64,000 nucleotides of DNA, taken from the NCBI RefSeq assembly GCF_963921235.1, contig NC_086107.1, positions 111,168,001-111,232,000 on the forward strand, read 5' to 3'. Positions 1-10,845 of this stretch are shown here, piece by piece (position 1 is the stretch's first letter; the number at the start of each line of letters is the position of its first letter). The translations under genes and the position numbers were made by a program. Source of the stretch: Mobula hypostoma. Lineage: Eukaryota. The notes below the pieces were generated by a model. It was not told where the DNA came from, ran no database searches, and was given only the letters and a program-made list of their open reading frames with translations.

Positions 1-129
1 GTCACTGTGTTTTTAGTATGTTCCAATATTACATCAGTGACCATTCAAGAAAGAGCTTTTTATTTCTTCAAATGTCCACTGAAACATCCCGAGTGTGGGA
101 ATGATAGCTGAGAATTACAAGGCTCTGAA

Positions 130-130
<1 letters not shown>

Positions 131-156
<26 letters not shown>
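131..156. repeat. (CT)13 microsatellite
   Basis: Read directly from the sequence. Confidence 0.95.
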
Positions 157-160
<4 letters not shown>

Positions 161-345
161 CTTCTTCCTTCTGAGGTGATTCTCCCCTTTGGTGTTGGCC
201 GCAAAGCTTGTGATTCTGATTCGGGGAAGGCTGTCCCCCTCCCCCCTTAGATCTTGATGAGGTCATGTCGCCAGGTATGACCCCATTGTGACACTGCTTG
301 ATGTTGCCATGGTATCGATTGTTGCCTTTGTTTTGTATGTATATA

Positions 346-567
346 TAGTGGGGGAGTCTAGGACCAGAGGGCACAACCTCAGAACAGAGAGATGTACATT
401 TAGAACAAAGATAGGAAGGAATTTCTTTAGCCAGAAGGTGGTGCATCTGTGGAATTCATTGCCACAGATGGTTGTAGTGGCCAATGAGGTTGATAGGTTC
501 TTGGTCAGTCAGGACATCAAAGGTTACAGGGAGTAGGCAGGAAAATGGGGTTGAGAGGGATAACAAA
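346..567 (+). mobile_element. CR1 LINE 3' fragment
   Basis: Translates as VGESRTRGHNLR...RNFFSQKVVHLWNSLPQ, homologous to the C-terminus of the CR1 ORF2 at 6871-9903. Confidence 0.85.
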
Positions 568-1065
568 TCCCACTTCAACTCTGCTTCCCATTCCCATTCA
601 GATATGTCCATACATGGCCTCCTCTACTGCCATGATGAGGCTAAACTCAGGTTGGAGGAGCAACACCTCATATACCGTCTAGGTAGTCTCCAGCCCCTTG
701 GTATGAACATAGAATTCTCCAACTTCTGGTAATTCCCTCCCCCTCCCTTCCTCTATCCCTATTTCACTCTACCCCCTCCTCCAGCTCCCTCATGGTTCCG
801 CCTCCTTCTTCTACCACCCATTGTTTTCAGGGTTATGACGTCAATGCTTCCCCTCCCCCACCCCTTTGTCTTTCTAATTACTGGTCTATCAACTGACGCT
901 ACAAGCATTCTTCAAATCCTTCCCTATCTTTCATTCTTCAGTCCTGACGAAGGGTTCCGGCCTGAAACATCGACTCATCGTTTCTGACTGATGCCGCCCG
1001 ACCTGCTGAGTTCATCCAGCATACTGAAGGTGTTGCTTTGATCTTTTACAGCATCTGCAGATTAT
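568..1065 (+). mobile_element. Penelope-like element 3' fragment (GIY-YIG C-terminus plus 3' region with a hammerhead motif)
   Basis: HFNSASHSHSDMSIHGLLYCHDEAKLRLEEQHLIYRLGSLQPLGMN resembles the PLE GIY-YIG end. Hammerhead-like core at 940-975. Confidence 0.8.
940..975 (+). ncRNA. Minimal type I hammerhead ribozyme motif (one CpG-type substitution in stem III)
   Basis: AGUC-CUGACGA-A-GGG(uuccgg)CCU-GAAA-CAUC-GACU. Stem I is AGUC/GACU and both core boxes are intact. Confidence 0.65.
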
Positions 1066-1867
1066 TTTATATATATAGTCTTGGTGTTCACCTGATCTAC
1101 CAGACGCAGTCTATTCCTCGTTGCCCCCTGTTAATCTCCATTAGGAGGCCAGCCAGCACATCTGTGTGAACATTTTGAATACCCCTCAATCTATCCTTAA
1201 TCTGACCTCTTCCCTTTTATTACTGAGATGAATGTATTAGCATCATTTATATATTTAATGCTGCATGAGAAATTTATTCGATCCATGTGTTACATCCCAT
1301 TTAAACTGGTGGATTACAGTTTACAAAAGGCCAGACCTCCTGAGGGTGAGGTACATGAGGCTCGAGGACCAGCATGGGATTCAGGCGGAGGTTGTGGTAT
1401 CCTGGAGAGAAACATCTCGTTGCTTGCACTGCAGTTGGAGGACAACAAGGAGGACAGGAGTTGGCCAAGTCACGGGCACTTCCATTACTTGCTGCGTTAC
1501 CTAAACGAGATCAGGACCCAGACCCAGAACATCAGTGGTTTGACTTAGATCTCAAGTCCCTCCCTGATGCAGAGGGTGGGGACCTTCTTGCCTCCGCTAT
1601 CTGCCAGGCCAAGAAAACTTATCAAAGAATGGCTTCCGCCTTAGGCAGGAAACTCTTTCCCATTCACCCCCCTCTCCCAGGAGCCTCCACATTTAGTAGT
1701 CAAACTTCCCCATCAATCGAGGAGGGGGCAATGTCCAAGTCAGATCCCCGGCCATCATGGCTTTCTTTCATGCACCTCAAAGGACCTAAAACTTTCTCAC
1801 TTTTCAAGCTTAGTAGAGGTGCTTTACTGTAAATAATTTTGTTGTAATATCAATTTCTTCCAGTAAA

Positions 1868-2190
1868 TAAATTTCCACCCCCTTCCTCTAATCCCCACTC
1901 TTACTTCTTCTCACCTGCCTATCACCTCCTCCTGGCGCCCCTCTTCTTTCCTTTCTCCAATGGTCCACTCTCCTCTCCTATCAGATTCCTTCCTCTCCAG
2001 TCCCTGACCTTTCCCACCCACCTGGCTTCACCCATCACCTTCCAGCCAGCCTCCTTCCCTTCACCCCACCTTTTTATTCTGGTACTTTCCCCCTTCCTTC
2101 TCGGTCCTGAAGAAGGGTCTTGGCCCAAAAAGTTGACTGTTTATTCATTTCCATAGATGCCGCCTGACCAGCTGAGTTCCTCCAGCATTT
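1868..2190 (+). mobile_element. Non-coding Penelope-derived repeat (pyrimidine-rich, degenerate hammerhead at ~2103-2138)
   Basis: Same cctga.gaagggtct.ggccc.aaa...gctgagttcctccagca block as 930-1020. Other copies at ~11470-11818, 16985-17060, 18850-19030, 41800-41970, 42553-42725 and 45900-46105. Confidence 0.7.
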
Positions 2191-2194
2191 TGTA

Positions 2195-2470
2195 GAATCA
2201 TAGAGAAGTACAGCACAGAAACAGGCCTTTGGCCCATCTAGTTCATGGTGAAACCATTTACACTGCTCAATCCTATTGACTTGCACTCCGTACCCCTACT
2301 ATCCAAACTCCTCTTAAATATTGAAATCGAGCTCGCAAGTACCACTTCTACTGGCAGCTCGTTCCACACTCTTACCACTCCTTGAGTGAAGAAGCTTCCC
2401 CTCATGTTCCCCTTAAGCTTCTCACCTTTCACCCTTAACCCTTGACCTCTGGTTGTAGTCCCACCCAACC
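2195..2470 (-). mobile_element. CR1 3' fragment
   Basis: TTTRGQGLRVKGEKLKGNMRGSFFTQGVVRVWNELP followed by a tctatga-type tail. Confidence 0.85.
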
Positions 2471-2569
2471 TGTGTGTGTTGCTTATTAAAGTATCACCTT
2501 ACTAAATAATTTCGATATAAAGAAGTTAAAGCAATTGGCCTTTTGGTGAAGGGGTGAACTGATAGATGT

Positions 2570-3116
2570 TCTATAAAACTCTGGTTAGGCGACACTTGAA
2601 GTACTGTGACCAGTTCTGGTCGCCTCACATCGAAGGATGTGGAAGCATTGGAAAGAGTACAGAAGAGATCTACCAGAATGCTGCCTGGTTTAGAGAGTAT
2701 GGATTATGATCAGAGATTAAGGGAGCTAGGGCTTTACTCTTTGGAGAGAAGGAGGATGAGAGGAGACATGATAGAGGTGTACAAGATAATAACAGGAATA
2801 GATAAGAGAGGATAGCCAGCGCCTCTTCCCCAGGGCACCACTGTTCAATACAAGAGGACATGGCTTTAAGGTAAGGGGTGAGAAGTTCAAGGGGGATATT
2901 AGAGGAAGGTTTTTTACTCAGAGAGTGGTTGGTGCATGGAATGCACTGCTTGAGTCAGTAGTGAAGGCAGATACACTGGTGAAGTTTAAGAGACTACTAG
3001 ACAGGTATATGGAGGAATTTAAGGTGGGGGCTTATATGGGAGGCAGGGTTTGAGGGTTGGCACAACATTGTGGGCCGAAGGGCCTGTACTGTGCTGTACT
3101 ATTCTATGTTCTATGT
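2570..3116 (+). mobile_element. CR1 3' fragment
   Basis: KDVEALERVQKRSTRMLPGL...LGLYSLERRRMRGDMIEVYK, with a (TTCTATG)n tail at 3101-3116. Confidence 0.9.
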
Positions 3117-3121
3117 TATAA

Positions 3122-3205
3122 ACTCTTCTTGGGCTTCCAGCTGGGTACAGGTATCAACTTCAACCGATGTTTCAATGAGAAACTCTGCCATCTTCATCAG
3201 GGAAG
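3122..3205 (-). mobile_element. Short Penelope-like terminal fragment with a hammerhead motif (second family)
   Basis: The minus strand reads CC-CUGAUGA-A-GAUGGCAG(agu)UUCUCAUU-GAAA-CAUC-GG. Confidence 0.55.
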
Positions 3206-3622
3206 CACTAGATCCTTTTTGATAGATATTTGTTAGTGTTGTTTTGTCATTGTTATGTTTGCTGAGGTAAAATAAAAAGCTGTTGTTTTACTTGCCATCC
3301 AGACCGATCGTTCTATGCACAAATACACCAAGGTACAAAAAGAGAACAAAACGCGAAGAAAGTGCAATGCACTATGGGTCGATAAGTAGAGTGCAAAGGT
3401 CATGACAAGGTTGAATGGGAGATCAAAATTCATCTACTGTACAGTAGTGTGGTGGTTTGTGTGACATTATTTATTTATTTATCTATCTATTTATTTATTT
3501 TATTTCTTACATCCAAGAGACTGAAAATATTTATGTTGCATCTTTGTCACAGTAAGGAAGGGAAATGTGGGAGGATATTTTCCAAGCACTAAGATTGTAT
3601 ACATAATTGTTTTGTATACATG

Positions 3623-4332
3623 TGTACGGTTTTTTTTTGTATGTTAAATTTAAAATGGCTTCTTTGTTATGTTAAATGCTGAGAAAGTCTCCAGCTGGAA
3701 ATTTGCTTGGGTTAATACAGACATCAGGGTGCTATTAGCCAGTGGGTGGTCATGTTATCGTTTTTTCGGGTGATAATGCTGTCTCATATGACTGGGGACG
3801 GGGTTTTTGGCGGAGAGTCAGAGGAGAGACGGGGAGGATGGCAGACGGGGTTTTTGGCGGGGAGTTGGAGGAGAGACGGGGAGGACGGCGGACGGGTTTT
3901 TGGGGGGGAGTCGGAGGAGAGATGGGGAAGACGGAGGAGAGACGGGGAAGACGGAGGAGAGACGGGGAGGACGGCGGACGTGCGGAAAAGCTCCGGTCAA
4001 TCACTTCGGGTGGTCCCGAGCCATGAGTCAACAGGATCCGGGTGGTCGTCAGGAATCGATTGAGCTCCAACGGTTGCGCGCGAAGAACTTGGACTTCGAT
4101 AAGTCTTGGCGCTTTTTTTCCCATTACTTCCTTTTCTGTATTGAATTTATATTAATGTCATAGAATTAGTAATATCTATAAAGTGTACTTGGTAAAACGT
4201 ACTGGGTGTGCTAGCTGATGATTGATGTTTGGGATTGATTTGGGTGGCAACAGACTCCGTGGGAAGTGTTGAGGCAGGTGCTGGGTGGGATTTCCCCCAG
4301 ACATATACGAGCCAATATAACTGAACGTTACA
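3623..4332 (+). mobile_element. Solo LTR (Gypsy-like)
   Basis: TG...CA termini and an exact 4-bp TSD CATG (3619-3622, 4333-4336). Shares its first ~65 bp with the LTR at 59756 and has an internal purine-rich tandem repeat. Strand is inferred. Confidence 0.85.
3795..3980 (+). repeat. Tandem repeat inside the LTR (~40-bp and 20-bp units built on GGAGAGACGGGGAGGACGG)
   Basis: Read directly; it explains the overlapping low-complexity ORFs at 3742-4163. Confidence 0.85.
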
Positions 4333-4362
4333 CATGTATGTACAGTCAGATAGGCAATCAGA

Positions 4363-5440
4363 TCAACGTGTATTGATAAATCTGATGGCCTGGTGGAAGA
4401 AGCTGTCCCGGAGCCCGTTGGTCCAGGCCTTAACGCTGTGGTACCGTTTGCCAGATGGAAGCAGCTGAAACAGTTTCGGGTCGGGGTGACTGGTGTCCCT
4501 GATGATCTTCCAGCCCTTCTTTACACACCTGCTGCTGTAAATGTCCTGAATGGAGGGAAGTTCACATCTACAGATGCGCTGGGCTGTCCGCACCACTCTC
4601 TGCAGCACCCTGCGATCGAGGGAAGCACAGTTCCCATACCACGTGATGACACAGCCAGTCAGGATGCTCTCGGTGGTGCCCCTGTAAAAAGTCCTGAGGA
4701 TCTGGGGACTCATGCCAAACTTCTTCAGCCATCTGAGGTGAAAGAGGCACTGTTGTGCTTTTTTCACCACACAGCCGGTATGTACAGTCCAGCTGAAATC
4801 CTCGGTAATGTGTATACCGAGGAACATGAAACTACTCACCCTCTCAACTACCGTCCCATCGATGTCAATAGTGGCTAGCCTTTCTCCGTTCCTCCGGTAA
4901 CCCACGATCAACTCCTTTGTTCTTTCAACATTGGGGCAGAGGTTCTTTTCTTTGACTTCTCCTCTGTAGACTGTATACTCACTGTTGAAAATAAGGCCTG
5001 GCAATGTCGCATCATCTGCAAATTTGATCAGCAGGTTGGAGCTGTGCGTGGCAACACAGTCGTGGGTGCATAGGGAGTAGAGGAGGGGGCTCAGGACACA
5101 GCCCTGGGGAGCTCCTGTGTGGAGGGTCAGAGGGGCAGAGGTGAGGGAGCCCATCCTTACCAACTGCTGGCGATCTGACAGGACATCCAGGAACCAGTTG
5201 CACAAGGCAGGGTGCAGGCTGTGGTCTCTGACCTTCTTGTCGAGCCTGGGTGGGGAGCTGTGGTGTTGAATGTTGAACTATAGTCCAACAACAGCATTTT
5301 AACATAAGCATCCCTCTTCTCCAGGTGAGTGAGGGCGGTGTGTGGTGCTGTGGCTATGGCATTGTCCGTTGATCGGCTGTGTCAGTAGCTGGATTGTCGG
5401 CGGTCCAGCGCGGGTGGCAGATATAGTTCTTGACCAGTCT
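4363..5440 (-). mobile_element. Rex1/Babar-type LINE, RT and C-terminal fragment
   Basis: TGAPQGCVLSPLLYSL, KFADD, KTKEL-like, FLGIHIT, KKAQQCLFHLR, LLPSGKRY. An internal deletion follows FADD. Confidence 0.88.
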
Positions 5441-6088
5441 CTCAAAGTACAATAAAAAAGGCAACAATTGATGCCTCGACAACATCAAGCAGGGTCATAA
5501 TGGCCTCATACCTGGTAGTGTGACCGAGTTGAATCCTGGCGTCTTCTGCATTCCAAGTCTGAACGTCCTCCCTGTGGAATGCGTGGGTTTCCTGCAGCTG
5601 CTCTGGTTTCCTCCCACAGTCCAAAGACCTACCTGTTAGTGGGTTGATTGCCCCGTGATTAGGCTGGGGTTAAACTGGGGGTTGCCGGTGGCTCGAAGGG
5701 CCGGTGGGGCCTATTCGGCACCGAGTCCCATTAAATAAATAAATACTGTTCGCATCACGATGAATGGGCCAGGTCCACGTGACTCGAAGCTCAGACTAGC
5801 TGGCCGATCAGGAAGCCATCAGGCTCCCACCCGCTGGGCGAAGAGCAGAAAGAGCAAGGGGATGCAAACCTTGGAAGTGGGTGCACTCAATGGGACTACT
5901 GAAAAAGAGTAACTGGTGGAAAAGACCATTGGCCAATTGCTGTCTGACTTCTTCGGGGAATTGCAAGTGGAATAGGTTCAATGATCTGAACATACAACAG
6001 TGACTGGTAAGAAAGCTAAAAACATTATTATACCTTCTGGAGATAGCTACTTGGTTAAAGTAGCTATCTCCAGATGACCCCTGTGAAC

Positions 6089-6777
6089 AGGTGACCCCTG
6101 TTTCCATCCAGGGGGTCAGTGTGGACATGGTGGAGGATTACAAATACCTGCGGATACGAATTGACAATAAACTGGACTGATCAAAGAACACTGAGACTGT
6201 CTACAAGAAGGGTCAGAGCCGTCTCTATTTCCTGAGGAGACTGAGGTCCTTTAACATCTGCTGGACGATGCTGAGGATGTTCTACGAGTCTGTGGTGGCC
6301 AGTGCTATCATGTTTGCTGTTGTGTGCTGGGGCAGCAGGCTGAGGGTGGCAGACACCAACAGAATCAACAAACTCATTCGTAAGGCCAGTGATGTTGTGG
6401 GGATGGAACTGGACTCTCTCACGGTGGTGTCTGAAAAGAGGATGCTGTCCAAGTTGCATGCCATCTTGGACAATGTCTCCCATCCACTATATAATGTACT
6501 GGGTGGGCACAGGGGTACATTCAGCCAGAGACTCATTCCACCGAGATGCAACACAGAGCGTCATAGGAAGTCATTCCTGCCTGTGGCCATCAAACTTTAC
6601 AACTCCTCCCTTGGAGGGTCAGACACCCTGAGCCAATAGGCTGGTCCTGGACTTATTTCATAATTTACTGGCATAATTTACATATTACTATTTAACTATT
6701 TATGGTTTTATTACTATTTATTATTTATGGTGCAACTGTAATGAAAACCAATTTCCCCCAGGATCAATAAAGTATGA
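6089..6777 (+). mobile_element. Rex1/Babar-type LINE 3' fragment, copy A (tail split by the CR1; remainder at 11138-11157)
   Basis: YKYL...KKGQSRLYFLRRLRSF...SFLPVAIKLYN, then AATAAA and an (ATGACT)n tail. Nearly identical to 25160-25856. Confidence 0.88.
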
Positions 6778-6870
6778 AACATAGAAACATAGAAAATAGG
6801 TGCAGGAGTAGGCCATTCGACCCTTCGAGCCTGCACCGCCATTTATTATGATCATGGCTGATCATCCAAC

Positions 6871-9800
6871 TCAGAACCCCACACCAGCCTTCCCTCCATA
6901 CCCTCTGATCCCCCTAGCCACAAGGGCCATATCTAACTCTCTCTTAAATATAGCCAATGAACTGGCCTCAACTGTTTCCTGTGGCAGAGAATTCCACAGA
7001 TTCACCACTCTCTGTGTGAAGAAGTTTTTCCTAATCTCAGGCCTAAAAGGCTTCGCCTTTATCCTCAAACTGTGACCCCTTGTTCTGGACTTCCCCAACA
7101 TTGGGAACAATCTTCCTGCATCTAGCCTGTCCAATCCCTTTAGGATTTTATATGTTTCAATCAGATCCCCCCTCAATCTTCTAAATTCCAACGAGTACAA
7201 GCCTAGTTCATCCAGTCTTTCTTCATATGAAAGTCCTGCCATCCCAGGAATCAATCTGGTGAACCTTCTTTGTACTCCCTCTATAGCAAGGATGTCTTTC
7301 CTCAGATTAGGGGACCAAAACTGCACACAATACTCCAGGTGTGGTCTCACCAAGGCCTTGTACAACTGCAGTAGTACCTTCCTGCTCCTGTACTTGAATC
7401 CTCTCGCTATAAATGCCAGCATACCATTCGCCTTTTTCACCGCCTGTTGTACCTGCATGCCCACTTTCAATGACTGGTGTATAATGACACCCAGGTCTCG
7501 TTGCACCTCCCCTTTTCCTAATCGGTCACCATTCAGATAATAATCTGTTTTCCTATTTTTGCCACCAAAGTGGATAACTTCACATTTATCCACATTAAAT
7601 TGCATCTGCCATGAGTTTGCCCACTCACCCAACCTATCCAAGTCACCCTGCATCCTCTTAGCATCCTCCTCACAACTAACACTGCCGCCCAGCTTCGTGT
7701 CATCCGCAAACTTGGAGATGCTGCATTTAATTCCCTCATCCAAGTCATTAATATATATTGTAAACAACTGGGGTCCCAGCACTGAGCCTTGCGGTACCCC
7801 ACTAGTCACTGCCTGCCATTCTGAAAAGGTCCCGTTTATTCCCACTCTTTGCTTCCTGTCTGCTAACCAATTCTCTATCCACATCAATACCTTACCCCCA
7901 ATACCGTGTGCTTTAAGTTTGCACACTAATCTCCTGTGTGGGACCTTGTCAAAAGCCTTTTGAAAATCCAAATATACCACATCCACTGGTTCTCCCCTAT
8001 CCACTCTACTAGTTACAGCCTCAAAAAATTCTATCAGATTCGTCAGACATGATTTTCCTTTCACAAATCCATGCTGACTTTGTCCAATGATTTCACCACT
8101 TTCCAAATGTGCTGTTATCACATCTTTGATAACTGACTCCAGCAGTTTCCCCACCACCGATGTTAGGCTAACAGGTCTATAATTCCCCGGTTTCTCTCTC
8201 CCTCCTTTTTTAAAAAGTGGGGTTACATCAGCCATCCTCCAATCCTCAGGAACTAGTCCAGAATCTAACGAGTTTTGAAAAATTATCACTAATGCATCCA
8301 CTATTTCTTGGGCTACTTCCTTAAGCACTCTGGGATGCAGACCATCTGGCCCTGGGGATTTATCTGCCTTTAATCCCTTCAATTTACCTAACACCACTTC
8401 CCTACTAACATGTATTTCACTCAGTTCCTCCATCTCACTGGACCCTCTGTCCCCTACTATTTCTGGAAGATTATTTATGTCCTCCTTAGTGAAGACAGAA
8501 CCAAAGTAATTATTCAATTGGTCTGTCATGTCCTTGCTCCCCATAATCAATTCACCTGTTTCTGTCTGCAGGGGACCTACATTTGTCTTTACCAGTCTTT
8601 TCCTTTTTACATATCTATAAAAGCTTTTACAGTCAGTTTTTATGTTCCCTGCCAGTTTTCTCTCATAATCTTTTTTCCCCTTCCTAATTAAGCCCTTTGT
8701 CCTCCTCTGCTGAACTCTGAATATCTCCCAGTCCTCAGGTGAGCCACTTTTTCTAGCTAATTTGTATGCTTCTTCTTTGGAATTGATACTATCCCTAATT
8801 TCTCTTGGTAGCCACGGGTGCACTACCTTCCTTGATTTATTCTTTTGCCAAACTGGGATGAACAATTGTTGTAGTTCATCCATGCAATCCTTAAATGCTT
8901 GCCATTGCATATCCACCGTCAACCCTTTAAGTGTCATTTGCCAGTCTATCTTAGCTAATTCCCCTCTCATACCTTCAAAGTTACCCCCCTTTAAGTTCAG
9001 AACCTTTGTTTCTGAATTAGCTATGTCACTCTCCATCTTAATGAAGAATTCCACCATATTATGGTCACTCTTACCCAAGGGGCCTCTCACGACAAGATTG
9101 CTAATTAACCCTTCCTCATTGCTCAAAACCCAGTCCAGAATAGCCTGCTCTCTAGTTGGTTCCTCGACATGTTGGTTCGAAAAACCATCCCGCATACATT
9201 CCAAGAAATCCTCTTCCTCAGCACCTTTACCAATTTGGTTCACCCAATCTACATGTAGATTGAAGTCACCCATTATAACCGCTGTTTCTTTATTGCACAC
9301 ATTTCTAATTTCCTGTTTAATACCATCCCCAACCTCACTACTACTGTTAGGTGGCCTGTACACAACTCCCACCAGCGTCTTCTGCCCCTTAGTGTTACGC
9401 AGCTCTACCCATATCGATTCCACATCTTCCCGGCTTATGTCCTTCCTTTCTATTGCGTTAATCTCTTTTTTAACCAGCAACGCCACCCCACCTCCCCTTC
9501 CTTCATGTCTATCCCTCCTGAATATTGAATATCCCTGAATGTTGAGCTCCCATCCTTGGTCACCCTGGAGCCATGTCTCTGTGATCCCAACTATATCATA
9601 ATCATTAATAACAATCTGCACTTTTAATTCATCCACCTTGTTACGAATGCTCCTTGCATTGACACACAAAGCCTTCAGGCGCTCTTTTACAACTCTCTTA
9701 GCCCTTATACAATTATGTTGAAAAGTGGCCCTTTTTGATGCTTGCCCTGGATTTGTCGGCCTGCCACTTTTACTTTTCTCCTTACTACTTTTTGCTTCTA

Positions 9801-9912
9801 CCCTCACTTTACACCCCTCTGTCTCTCTGCACTGGTTCCCATCCCCCTGTTGTGAACTAACCTCCTCACGCCTAGCCTCTTTAATTTGATTCCCACCCCC
9901 CAACCATTCTAG
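6871..9912 (-). CDS. CR1 ORF2: AP endonuclease + reverse transcriptase, uninterrupted, no AUG at the start
   Basis: APE motifs NARS, ITETW, GGGVAL, YRPP, GDFN, SDH. RT motifs PGPDG, YRPVSL, DFQKAFD, GVPQGS, FADD. More than 1000 codons without a stop. Confidence 0.95.
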   Translation of the reverse strand, partial: LEWLGGGNQIKEARREEVSSQQGDGNQCRETEGCKVRVEAKSSKEKSKSGRPTNPGQASKRATFQHNCIRAKRVVKERLKALCVNARSIRNKVDELKVQIVINDYDIVGITETWLQGDQGWELNIQGYSIFRRDRHEGRGGGVALLVKKEINAIERKDISREDVESIWVELRNTKGQKTLVGVVYRPPNSSSEVGDGIKQEIRNVCNKETAVIMGDFNLHVDWVNQIGKGAEEEDFLECMRDGFSNQHVEEPTREQAILDWVLSNEEGLISNLVVRGPLGKSDHNMVEFFIKMESDIANSETKVLNLKGGNFEGMRGELAKIDWQMTLKGLTVDMQWQAFKDCMDELQQLFIPVWQKNKSRKVVHPWLPREIRDSINSKEEAYKLARKSGSPEDWEIFRVQQRRTKGLIRKGKKDYERKLAGNIKTDCKSFYRYVKRKRLVKTNVGPLQTETGELIMGSKDMTDQLNNYFGSVFTKEDINNLPEIVGDRGSSEMEELSEIHVSREVVLGKLKGLKADKSPGPDGLHPRVLKEVAQEIVDALVIIFQNSLDSGLVPEDWRMADVTPLFKKGGREKPGNYRPVSLTSVVGKLLESVIKDVITAHLESGEIIGQSQHGFVKGKSCLTNLIEFFEAVTSRVDRGEPVDVVYLDFQKAFDKVPHRRLVCKLKAHGIGGKVLMWIENWLADRKQRVGINGTFSEWQAVTSGVPQGSVLGPQLFTIYINDLDEGIKCSISKFADDTKLGGSVSCEEDAKRMQGDLDRLGEWANSWQMQFNVDKCEVIHFGGKNRKTDYYLNGDRLGKGEVQRDLGVIIHQSLKVGMQVQQAVKKANGMLAFIARGFKYRSRKVLLQLYKALVRPHLEYCVQFWSPNLRKDILAIEGVQRRFTRLIPGMAGLSYEERLDELGLYSLEFRRLRGDLIETYKILKGLDRLDAGRLFPMLGKSRTRGHSLRIKAKPFRPEIRKNFFTQRVVNLWNSLPQETVEASSLAIFKRELDMALVARGIRGYGGKAGVGF

Positions 9913-10845
9913 TTTAAAGTCACCTCAGTAGCCCTCGTTAATCTCCCTGCCAGGATATTGGTCCCCCTAGGATTCAAGTGTAACCCGTCCTTTTTGTACA
10001 GGTCACGCCTGCGCCAAAAGAGGTCCCAATGATTCAAAAACTTGAATCCCTGCCTCCTGCTCCAATCCCTCAGCCACGCATTTATCCTCCACCTCATCGC
10101 ATTCCTACTCTCACTGTCGCGTGGCACAGGCAGTAATCCCGAGATTACTACCTTTGCGGTCCTTTTTCTCAACTCCCTTCCTAGCTCCCTATATTCTCCT
10201 TTCAGGACCTCTTCCCTTTTCCTACCTATGTCATTGGTACCTATATGTACCACAGCCTCTGGCTCCTCACCCTCCCACTTCAGGATATCTTGGACACAAT
10301 CAGAGATATCCTGGACCCTGGCACCAGGGAGGCAAACTACCATCCGGGTCTCTGGACTATGTCCACAGAATCGCCTATCTGACCCCCTTACTATCGAGTC
10401 CCCTATCACAACTGCCCTCCTCTTCCTTGCCCTACCCTTCTGAGCTACAGGGCCAGACTCTGTGCCGGAGGCACGGCCACTGTCACTTCCCCCGGGTAAG
10501 CTGTCCCCCCCCAACAGTACTCAAACAGGAGTACCTATTGTTAAGGGGCACAGCCACCGGGGTACTCTCTATTACCTGACTCTTCCCCTTCCCCCTCCTA
10601 ACCGTGACCCACTTGTCTGCCTCCCGTGGCCCCGGCGTAACCACCTGCCTGCAACTCCTCTCTATCAACTCCTCACTCTCCCTGACCAGACGAAGGTCAT
10701 CGAGCTGCAGCTCCAGTTCCGTAATGCGGTCCCTTAGGAGCTGCATCTCGATGCACCTGGCGCAGGTATGGACGTCCGGGAGGCTTGGAGACTCCAGGGC
10801 CTCCCATATCCGACACCGAGAACAACAAATTGCCCTCAGACTCAT
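9909..10845 (-). pseudogene. CR1 ORF1 (CxxC-CxxC zinc finger, leucine zipper, SGNH esterase) with one +1 frameshift
   Basis: MSLRAICCSRC...TCARC, LLRDRITELELQLDDLRL, VIGDS, PGA, GTND, DGLHLN. The two ORF-track pieces join if the G8 run at 10505-10512 is G7, giving 311 aa. Confidence 0.9.

Noticed and set aside
3795..3980. CRISPR-like or prokaryotic repeat array
   Set aside because: No unique spacers. The window is vertebrate intron-exon DNA with no prokaryotic genes.
3742..4163. Overlapping Arg/Gly/Glu-rich ORFs
   Set aside because: Produced by the purine-rich tandem repeat in the solo LTR.
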